Shown: positions 18,814 through 26,149 of the stretch, piece by piece
Numbering within the stretch: position 1 is the first letter of the stretch
Layout: each line of letters starts with the position of its first letter
NCBI GenBank assembly: GCA_043798915.1
Contig: JAZDOG010000020.1
Coordinates: forward strand, 48,520-112,519
Reading direction: 5' to 3'
Source: Pseudomonadota bacterium
GTDB lineage: Bacteria; UBA10199; 2-02-FULL-44-16; JAAZCA01
Length of the DNA: 64,000 bases
Translations under genes and position numbers: made by a program
Notes under the pieces: generated by a model
Databases searched by the model: none
Told to the model about the DNA's origin: nothing
The model's input: the letters and a program-made list of their open reading frames with translations, nothing else

Positions 18814-20643
18814 ATGCTGATTCTGGGGATATCCGCTTACTACCATGACAGCGCTGCCTGCATCGTCAGGGATGGCGTCATCGTCGCCGCTGCGCAGGAG
18901 GAGCGTTTTTCGCGCAAGAAGCACGACATGCGCTTCCCTTCTCATGCGGTCGCCTGTTGCCTCGCGGAGGCTCAGGCCGGGTTCAAGGACGTGGACGTTG
19001 TTGCCTTCTACGAAAAACCTTTCGTGAAGTTCGAACGCCTCCTCGAGACCTATCTCACGTTCGCTCCAAAGGGTCTTCGATCCTTCGCCATGGCGATGCC
19101 GGTCTGGATCAAGGAGAAGCTCTTCCTCAAGAGGACGATCGAGAGGGAGCTTCGGTCGCGTTTCGGCAAAGGGGCGCCCCGCTTCATCTTCTCCACGCAT
19201 CATCAGGCCCACGCTGCCTCCGCGTTTTTTCCTTCGCCGTTTGATGAGGCTGCGATTCTGTGCCTGGATGCTGTGGGGGAATGGACGACGACTTCCGCGT
19301 GGACCGGGCGCGGCAACGCGGTGAAACCCCTATGGGAGCTGCGCTTCCCGCATTCGCTCGGGATGCTCTACTCCGCTTTCACGTACTACACCGGCTTCAA
19401 GGTCAACTCCGGCGAGTACAAGGTGATGGGGCTGGCCCCCTATGGCCGTCCAACCTATGTCAGGACGATCCTCGACAACCTGATCGACTTGAAGCCCGAC
19501 GGCACCTTCCGCCTCAACATGGAATATTTCGGCTTCTGCACGGGACTCGCGATGACCAACGCGCGTTTCCACGGGCTCTTCGGCGGAGAGCCTCGCAAAC
19601 CGGAGACCGGACTGACGCAGAAGGAGATGGACCTGGCGCGCTCGATACAGGAGGTCACGGAGGAGATAGTCATGCGCCTGGGGCGATCGCTCCATGGCGA
19701 CACGGGGCTTGGGAGCCTCTGCCTTGCCGGGGGCGTCTCGCTCAACTGCGTTGCCAACGGGAGGCTCTTGCGCGAAGGGCCCTTCAAAAGAATATGGATC
19801 CAGCCCGCTTCGGGCGATGCTGGAGGGGCGGTGGGGGCCGCGCTTGCAGCCTGGCACACGCACTTCGGCAACGAGCGGCATCCCCAAAACCCCGACGGCA
19901 TGAAGGGGGCGTATCTCGGCCCGGCCTTCTCCGGCGATGAGATCGAGGCGTTCCTCAAGGGGCACGATATCCCCGGCCGTTTCGTCGCAGAGAAGGATAT
20001 ATTCGATCTTGTCGCCGGCGAGCTTTCCGCCGGCAAGGTCATCGGCTGGTTTGCCGGGCGGATGGAGTTTGGCCCACGGGCGCTGGGGGCGCGCAGCATC
20101 ATCGGCGACGCCAGGTCCGCAAAGATGCAGTCGATCATGAATCTGAAGATCAAGCATCGCGAGTCCTTCCGGCCCTTCGCGCCTTCGGTCTTGAGGGAGC
20201 GCGTCGCCGACTACTTCGAGATGGATTGCGACAGCCCCTACATGCTCCTGGTCGCCGCGGTTAACCCGGAGCGCAGGATAGCTCCCGCTGAGAACGCGGG
20301 GAATCTCTGGGGAATCGATCTCTTGAATGTCCCCAGGTCGGACATCCCCGCGGTGACCCACATCGATTACTCGGCAAGGGTCCAGACGGTCCATCGCGAG
20401 ACCAACCCCCGCTACTGGCAGCTGATCAAGGCGTTCGAGAAGCTCACCGGATGCGGCGTGATCGTTAACACCTCCTTCAACGTGCGCGGCGAGCCGATTG
20501 TCTGCACGCCCGAAGACGCATATCGCTGCTTCATGAGGACGGAGATGGACCTGCTCGTCATGGAAAACTTCGTTCTGGATAAGAGGGAGCAGCGCGGTAT
20601 CGCAGAAGATAATGACTGGATGAAGGAGTTTGAGCTCGATTAG
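18814..20643 (+). CDS. O-carbamoyltransferase (NodU/CmcH/SxtI family)
   Basis: ILGISAYYHDSAA, QEERFSRKKHD, HHQAHAASAF, GEYKVMGLAPYG, LAGGVSLNCVAN, MEFGPRALGARS, RESFRPFAP, NTSFNVRGEP. Confidence 0.95.
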   Translation: MLILGISAYYHDSAACIVRDGVIVAAAQEERFSRKKHDMRFPSHAVACCLAEAQAGFKDVDVVAFYEKPFVKFERLLETYLTFAPKGLRSFAMAMPVWIKEKLFLKRTIERELRSRFGKGAPRFIFSTHHQAHAASAFFPSPFDEAAILCLDAVGEWTTTSAWTGRGNAVKPLWELRFPHSLGMLYSAFTYYTGFKVNSGEYKVMGLAPYGRPTYVRTILDNLIDLKPDGTFRLNMEYFGFCTGLAMTNARFHGLFGGEPRKPETGLTQKEMDLARSIQEVTEEIVMRLGRSLHGDTGLGSLCLAGGVSLNCVANGRLLREGPFKRIWIQPASGDAGGAVGAALAAWHTHFGNERHPQNPDGMKGAYLGPAFSGDEIEAFLKGHDIPGRFVAEKDIFDLVAGELSAGKVIGWFAGRMEFGPRALGARSIIGDARSAKMQSIMNLKIKHRESFRPFAPSVLRERVADYFEMDCDSPYMLLVAAVNPERRIAPAENAGNLWGIDLLNVPRSDIPAVTHIDYSARVQTVHRETNPRYWQLIKAFEKLTGCGVIVNTSFNVRGEPIVCTPEDAYRCFMRTEMDLLVMENFVLDKREQRGIAEDNDWMKEFELD

Positions 20644-20683
20644 GCCAAGGATAAGCGCAACATGTTTCACCGGGAGGGTATCT

Positions 20684-21859
20684 ATGGCTGACATGAAGAA
20701 ACAACACGGTTTCGGAGCGCGGCTAGCCTTCGCCGTCATCGTTATCTTTTTAGCGGCGGCCCTCATAGAGGCGGCGGCGCGGATCATCTTCCCCTCCAGA
20801 GACGCAATCAAGACCATCATGAAGATGGATGCACGCCGGGATCTCAACGAATATGAGATGCCCGACCCGCGCTATCCCTATATCAACTGGGTGCTGAGGC
20901 CCAGTTTTTCGCGCACGTTCAAAGAGGCGATCGAGGCCAAACAGAGAGAGGGGCGGGCCTTGGGCGCGGCTAATCTCGAGAAATTAGCGGCGGATCTGGG
21001 AGTTGGCGAGGACGAGGTGGTCTATCGGATCAATAGCGATGGTTACAAGGGTCCGGAGATCGACAAGGCTCATAGCAAGACCCGCATCCTGACGATCGGA
21101 GACTCCTGTACCTTCGGATCCCTTGTTGATAAACATTCCTATCCGCGGGTACTGGAGCGAGAGCTCCTCGCCCTGGGCAAGAATGTCGAGGTCATCAACG
21201 CCGGCGTGGAGGGCTACCATCCGAAAAACGTACTTTTGCGGATGGACGAGCTTAAGGCCCTGAAGCCCGACATAGCTACCATCTACATCGGCTGGAATGC
21301 CCTGGATGGTGAACCGGCTACCGGTCTCGAGCGCTCTCTCTACAGCGTCCGGCTCGCGAAGAGCGCCCTCAGAAAGATATTCCATTTTTTCGATTCGCCC
21401 CAGAAGGCGGCCCTCTTCGAGTACAGCCAGCCCAGGCATCCTGATGCGAGCGCACCGGATGTCAAATCGCTCGATGGATATAGTCCCCTGTTCATGAAGG
21501 ATGTTGAGAAAATTGCGGAGGAACTCCGGTCGATCGGATGCAAGGTCGTCTTCGTCACGCTCCCGAGCCTCTACGTGATGTGGGAGGTCCCCAGCGAAAC
21601 GGCGATGAAGGTGGGAAGCCTGCCGCCTTACACGGACAACCCCTACGTATGGGCTAAGGTGGTCGAGCAGTACAACATCGACATCAGGAAGCTTGCGCAG
21701 GAGGATGGACTTGCGGTGGTCGACCTCGAGCGCTGGAGCCGCACGGCGCTCGTGCCCCGCGACGCCTATTTCGGCGACTCCGTGCACCTCGATGATCGTG
21801 GGCAGGAGATGATCGGGGAATACATGGCGGAGGAGATCTCCCCGCTTCTCCCGAAATGA
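20684..21859 (+). CDS. SGNH/GDSL hydrolase family protein with N-terminal membrane anchor
   Basis: GDSCTFG, INAGVEGY, GWNA, DSVHL. Confidence 0.85.
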   Translation: MADMKKQHGFGARLAFAVIVIFLAAALIEAAARIIFPSRDAIKTIMKMDARRDLNEYEMPDPRYPYINWVLRPSFSRTFKEAIEAKQREGRALGAANLEKLAADLGVGEDEVVYRINSDGYKGPEIDKAHSKTRILTIGDSCTFGSLVDKHSYPRVLERELLALGKNVEVINAGVEGYHPKNVLLRMDELKALKPDIATIYIGWNALDGEPATGLERSLYSVRLAKSALRKIFHFFDSPQKAALFEYSQPRHPDASAPDVKSLDGYSPLFMKDVEKIAEELRSIGCKVVFVTLPSLYVMWEVPSETAMKVGSLPPYTDNPYVWAKVVEQYNIDIRKLAQEDGLAVVDLERWSRTALVPRDAYFGDSVHLDDRGQEMIGEYMAEEISPLLPK

Positions 21860-21866
21860 GCGCTGC

Positions 21867-22268
21867 ATGAAGATGCAAAAAAAATGCACGACGAAGGACC
21901 TGCGCTTCTTTGGATTTTTGCTCGCCGCGTTTCTGGCCCTGGTGGGCATCTGGCCAGCCCTCTTCCGCCATCAGCCGGCAAGAATCTGGGTGCTGGCAGC
22001 AGCGGCACTGCCTCTCCTGATAGCTGTCCTGCGGCCATCGGTCCTGGCTTGGCCTTGTCGGGGCTGGCTCTCGATCGGCAATATCATCGGGGGTGTCGTC
22101 ACCCGGATCGTCCTGGGCGCTATTTTTTTTCTCATGTTCACGCCGGTGGGATTGATCCGGAGGATATTAAAGCGCGACACGCTCTCCTTGCGCTACGATG
22201 CGGGAGCTGATAGCTACAGAATAGCGGTGAACCTGAATGATATCCAAAGCATGGATCGGCAATATTAG
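21867..22268 (+). CDS. SxtJ-family membrane protein
   Basis: LRFFG, TM helices, IFFLMFTPVGLIRR..RD.L, ADSYR, MDRQY; context after carbamoyltransferase. Confidence 0.8.
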   Translation: MKMQKKCTTKDLRFFGFLLAAFLALVGIWPALFRHQPARIWVLAAAALPLLIAVLRPSVLAWPCRGWLSIGNIIGGVVTRIVLGAIFFLMFTPVGLIRRILKRDTLSLRYDAGADSYRIAVNLNDIQSMDRQY

Positions 22269-22289
22269 ATGTCGGGAGGAGAAAAGAGC

Positions 22290-22442
22290 ATGATATCGTT
22301 TCTGAGAGAACTCTGGGCCTTCGCGAAAGCGCGGAAGAAGTATTGGCTCCTTCCTTTCATCGTCAGCCTGCTCCTCCTGGGAGTCCTGATCGTCTTCACG
22401 GAGGGCAGCGCGGTGGCCCCCTTCATCTACACGCTCTTTTAG
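22290..22442 (+). CDS. SxtK-like / DUF5989 small membrane protein (50 aa; not in the ORF track)
   Basis: Manual translation MISFLRELWAFAKARKKYWLLPFIVSLLLLGVLIVFTEGSAVAPFIYTLF; GGAGGAG upstream. Confidence 0.85.
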   Translation: MISFLRELWAFAKARKKYWLLPFIVSLLLLGVLIVFTEGSAVAPFIYTLF

Positions 22443-22460
22443 GCGCCTGTCTTCGGCCGC

Positions 22461-22489
22461 TTGCGGCATTTCTCCGGGCGGTGTATACT
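22461..22489 (+). promoter_or_regulatory. Sigma70-like promoter for the LD-carboxypeptidase gene
   Basis: TTGCGG, 17-bp spacer, TATACT (22484-89); ATG follows after 9 nt. Confidence 0.55.
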
Positions 22490-22498
22490 TTCCGTCTG

Positions 22499-23431
22499 AT
22501 GCGCTCTATTAAGCCATTCAGGCTCGTTCCCGGGGACCGCGTCGGTGTCGTGGCCCCGGCCTCCTCCTTCGAGAGGCGGGGATTGAGGCGCGGGCTGGAG
22601 AAACTGCGCTGGTGGGGATTCGACCCGGTCGTGCCGAAAGAGGTTTTGAAGCACGCCCATCGTCCGCTCGAGCGCGAACGGACGCGACGTTATGAGGAGA
22701 AGGCCTTCGAGATCGTCCGGATGTTCATGGACCCGACGATCGCCGCCATATTTTGCGCCGAGGCGGGCTATGGGACGATAGCCCTCATACCGTTTCTTGA
22801 GAAGGTCGATCTTTCGCCTTATCCAAAGGTCTTCCTCGGATTCTCGGACATCACGATACTCCTTCTCTATTTCCACGTGCGCTACGGATGGGTCACCTTT
22901 CACGGCCCGACGGTGGCTCAGGAGTTCTACAAGGGTATGCCGCCTGTCACGGAGATCGCGCTGCAGGAGGCGATCACCAAACGCACCCGGCTGGGAGATG
23001 TCTTCGGCAAGGACCTGGAGGTGATTGTGCGGGGAGAGGGGCGCGGCCCGATCATCGGCGGCAATCTGACCAGGATGCTCAGGACGCTCGGGACATCCTT
23101 CGAGATCGATACGCGCGACCGGATACTCTTCATAGAGGAGGTGGACGAAGGGCACATCCAGATCGACGGCGACCTTAATCAGTTGAGGCTCGCCGGCAAG
23201 TTCGAGGGGCTCAGGGGCATCGTCTTTTCTGAGATGACAGGGTGCATGAACGGCGATAAGAGGTCGGTGCTGCGGTATCTCAGGCGGTATTTCAAAGGGG
23301 CGTCGTTCCCGGTGCTGGCCGGTTTTCCATCCGGGCACGGGGTCGAGAACATAACTCTGCCGATTGGCATTCGGGCGCATATGTCATCTTCGCCGCCGAG
23401 GCTGATTTTGGAAGAGGGAGGGGTGAGGTGA
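22499..23431 (+). CDS. LD-carboxypeptidase (peptidase S66)
   Basis: GDRVGVVAPAS, AGYG, GFSDIT (Ser), FHGP, GGNL, FIEEVDE (Glu), SGHG (His), LPIG. Confidence 0.9.
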   Translation: MRSIKPFRLVPGDRVGVVAPASSFERRGLRRGLEKLRWWGFDPVVPKEVLKHAHRPLERERTRRYEEKAFEIVRMFMDPTIAAIFCAEAGYGTIALIPFLEKVDLSPYPKVFLGFSDITILLLYFHVRYGWVTFHGPTVAQEFYKGMPPVTEIALQEAITKRTRLGDVFGKDLEVIVRGEGRGPIIGGNLTRMLRTLGTSFEIDTRDRILFIEEVDEGHIQIDGDLNQLRLAGKFEGLRGIVFSEMTGCMNGDKRSVLRYLRRYFKGASFPVLAGFPSGHGVENITLPIGIRAHMSSSPPRLILEEGGVR

Positions 23432-23435
23432 CGAT

Positions 23436-23765
23436 ATGGGTCAGCAACTCAAAGAAGCTCTGATGAATGCCGGGCTTGTCTCGCAGAAGGACATCGAGCG
23501 CGAGAAGGTCAAGAAGCAGCACTTGAGCAAGAGCTCGAAGATGCGCGAGGACCAGATCCGCATCATGTGTGAGGTCTGCGGCAAGACCGCGCCGGACGTT
23601 GAGCGCTACACGCACAAGAACAGGAAGATAACTGGCAAGGAGTGGCTCTGCATCCCCTGTGCGGACGAACATTACATAGATGACGAGTGCCGCGCGACCT
23701 CCCAGAGCTCGCAGTCGAAGGCGGGGCTTTTCCGCCGCCAATATGGCAGGACAAAAAAGTTCTGA
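23436..23765 (+). CDS. Small basic hypothetical protein, putative zinc ribbon
   Basis: CEVC...CIPC..H...C; N-terminal LKEALMNAGLVS helix. Confidence 0.7.
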   Translation: MGQQLKEALMNAGLVSQKDIEREKVKKQHLSKSSKMREDQIRIMCEVCGKTAPDVERYTHKNRKITGKEWLCIPCADEHYIDDECRATSQSSQSKAGLFRRQYGRTKKF

Positions 23766-23784
23766 ATCTTCTTTGCTTCGCTCG

Positions 23785-23817
23785 AAAAAAATCCCCCCGC
23801 AGATGCAGGGGGATTTT
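23785..23817. terminator. Probable bidirectional intrinsic terminator
   Basis: AAAATCCCC-CCGCAGATGCAG-GGGGATTTT hairpin between convergent genes, A/T tracts on both sides. Confidence 0.75.
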
Positions 23818-23840
23818 ATGTTCAGCGATTTGTCAGATTT

Positions 23841-24044
23841 TCATGCCGGCGTTACATTCGCGGCCTGCAGACCCTTGGGGCCCTTGACGACCTCGAACTC
23901 GACGGTTTGGCCTTCCTTCAGGCTCTTGAAACCTTCGCCACCGATTGCGGAGAAGTGAACGAATACGTCCTCCCCACCACCCTCCGGCGCGATGAATCCG
24001 AAGCCCTTCGCGTCGTTGAACCACTTCACTGTTCCCTTTGCCAT
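23841..24044 (-). CDS. cspA: Cold-shock protein
   Basis: [45 protein letters not shown] upstream. Confidence 0.95.
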   Translation of the reverse strand: MAKGTVKWFNDAKGFGFIAPEGGGEDVFVHFSAIGGEGFKSLKEGQTVEFEVVKGPKGLQAANVTPA

Positions 24045-24280
24045 ACAAAAACCTTCCTTTCTTTGATCGCCGACCATGCACCCAACGCAAAAAACCGCAA
24101 GCCATTTTCATGACCTGCGGCAAACCGTAACCATTACGTCGCGCTAAGTGCAAATCGAGTGATCATGAATACAGGCGGAACCCTATGCCAGATAAGGGAA
24201 ATAAGCAATATGAATTTTCGAGACACACAGGATTATTTGCAGTATCCAAGATTGTTGTTTACAAACAACCAGTTACAAAC

Positions 24281-25015
24281 CTATCGATCGTTACATTTGA
24301 CCCCTTCCACCATGCGCGCCGCCAGCCCCTCGAACATACCCACGTCTCGCGCGGTGAGTCCCCCGCGGCCGAAGAGGCGTTCGAGCCGGTGAAGGATTTT
24401 CGACTTGAGCGGCGCCCTTGGGGTGTCGTCGTAGCCCATGGCAGCGAGCATCTCTCCCATGCGCTCCATGACTGTTGCAATCTCCCGTCTTGTGACAAAC
24501 TCCTCCACCGGGGCTGCCCGGGTGGTTCTCCGTCTTCCCCCGGCGAGTTCATAGCAGGCGATGAGGACGGCCTGTGCCAGGTTGATTGAGGGGAGCAGGG
24601 CGGAGGTCGGGATGGCAACTATCGCGTCGCATCGCCTTATCTCGGCGCTTGTGAGGCCACTGTCCTCGCGTCCAAAGACAAGGGCAGTCTTCCCCAGGCT
24701 GCGTCCCTTTCCGACCCAGGCGGCCAGATTCCCGATATCCAGATGCCGCTTCCTGGCACGGCCCAACCTCCTCGTGAAGGCAAGCGTCCGGGAGGCGTCG
24801 CTGAGGGCTTCATCAAGGTCTTTGAATGTCTTCGCTTTTTTGAGGACGTCGCGCGCGTCCACCGCCCACATATAGGCCCTTTTTGTGCGGTGCGGAACAC
24901 CGTTCACAATTCGCAAGTCCGTGATGCCGAAATTCTTCATCGCGCGAGCGGCTGCGCCGATGTTGGCGTCTCCCTGGGGCGCAACGAGGACCACCGAAAC
25001 CTTTGGATTCTTCAT
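24281..25015 (-). CDS. trmJ: SPOUT RNA methyltransferase, TrmJ/LasT family
   Basis: NIGAAARAMKNFG, LVFGREDSGL, SINLAQAV. Confidence 0.88.
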   Translation of the reverse strand: MKNPKVSVVLVAPQGDANIGAAARAMKNFGITDLRIVNGVPHRTKRAYMWAVDARDVLKKAKTFKDLDEALSDASRTLAFTRRLGRARKRHLDIGNLAAWVGKGRSLGKTALVFGREDSGLTSAEIRRCDAIVAIPTSALLPSINLAQAVLIACYELAGGRRRTTRAAPVEEFVTRREIATVMERMGEMLAAMGYDDTPRAPLKSKILHRLERLFGRGGLTARDVGMFEGLAARMVEGVKCNDR

Positions 25016-25121
25016 GTAGAGGGAAATAGTGGCGCAGAAGATTGTTGTCAATGGAGGCCAATAGATTATATATAATACGAAGCATTGTCAGTATATTGAA
25101 CTGGAACGAACGGGAGAAGAA

Positions 25122-25493
25122 ATGGAAACCAACGATTCAGAACGCAGAAAATATGCGCGGCTCGACCTCGCGCTCACCGTGAGCTACCGCGTAGCGGGCC
25201 AGGCTGCGGGATATCCAGTGGATCCACGCGAAAGCGTATCGAGCGATATAGGTCTCGGGGGCTTGAGGCTCATGACCCCGACCCCCCTCGAAAACGGCAC
25301 GATGCTCGACCTCGAGATACTCCTGGGCGAGGATGAGTCCTATCCCGTGAGCGCGGAGGGGGAAGTCGTCTGGCAGAACAAGATATCCGACGTGAGCTAT
25401 GAGACGGGTGTGCAGATCAGCGGGATGCCCCCTGCCGACAAAAAGCGCTTTATGGAGTTCGTTTTCGACCAAATGAGCAAGGTTATGATCTGA
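25122..25493 (+). CDS. Stand-alone PilZ domain protein
   Basis: ERRKYAR (RxxxR), DIGLGG, GEVVW, YETGV. Confidence 0.85.
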   Translation: METNDSERRKYARLDLALTVSYRVAGQAAGYPVDPRESVSSDIGLGGLRLMTPTPLENGTMLDLEILLGEDESYPVSAEGEVVWQNKISDVSYETGVQISGMPPADKKRFMEFVFDQMSKVMI

Positions 25494-25578
25494 AATCCTG
25501 GGTCAAAAAAAATGCAAACATTGGCCAGATAACACGCAACTTTTTTGATGGGGATGCGATAAGAGGGGTGAGGAGATT

Positions 25579-26130
25579 ATGCCGCGCACATACTACGACA
25601 TCCTCAAGGTCTCCAGCGACGCCGAGACAGAGCTGATCGAATCGGCTTGGCGAACGCTCCTTTCAACGCTTAAAAAACACCCGGATCTCGGCGGCCTGCC
25701 GGAAGAGGCCGCCCTCATCAACCAGGCGCATGATGTCCTCTTGGATCCCATAAAAAGGAAGCGATACGACGCATCGCTTGGGGCTGTGAAACCCGCCGGC
25801 GTGGCGCCGAAGGCGGCCTTTGCGGAGCGAAGGCGCGATCCCAGACACCTGATAGATGCGACTGTCTCCTATTGCCTGGGCCACGATCTCAACTGGCAGC
25901 CTGCGCGCGTGAAGGATGTCTCGACCCTCGGGCTTCGCATCCAATCGAGGGCCCCGCTTTCAGCCGGCCAGCATCTGGTCATTGCCCCTGCAAACCTCGC
26001 CGCGACGGCCATCCACGGGACGGTCCGGTGGGCGAGGGTCTTCCACCCGTCGCTCTTTGAGCGCATCTATGAAGCCGGTATCGAATTCGCCGACCAGATC
26101 ACCGACGTCGACCAGCGCCTGTCCGTCTAA
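25579..26130 (+). CDS. J-domain (DnaJ) + PilZ fusion protein
   Basis: YYDIL, HPD, INQAHDVLLDP..R..YD; then ERRRDPR and DVSTLG. Confidence 0.85.
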   Translation: MPRTYYDILKVSSDAETELIESAWRTLLSTLKKHPDLGGLPEEAALINQAHDVLLDPIKRKRYDASLGAVKPAGVAPKAAFAERRRDPRHLIDATVSYCLGHDLNWQPARVKDVSTLGLRIQSRAPLSAGQHLVIAPANLAATAIHGTVRWARVFHPSLFERIYEAGIEFADQITDVDQRLSV

Positions 26131-26149
26131 TATCTTCAGCACAAAAACC

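Noticed and set aside
19330..20847. Long antisense ORFs (this one, and also 14795-15949, 17959-19212, 28028-29170, 36280-37335, 39028-40161, 44356-45789, 48963-50204, 57780-59303)
   Set aside because: They lie opposite well-supported genes in GC-rich DNA and have no motifs; these are codon-bias shadows.
18814..22442. Saxitoxin biosynthesis (sxtI/J/K-like genes)
   Set aside because: No sxtA/sxtG-like PKS or amidinotransferase in the window; the context is polysaccharide export.
24110..24160. GGCAAACC resembling a c-di-GMP-I riboswitch
   Set aside because: Lacks the GAAA tetraloop and GACGCAAAGC continuation, and is antisense to the cspA leader.
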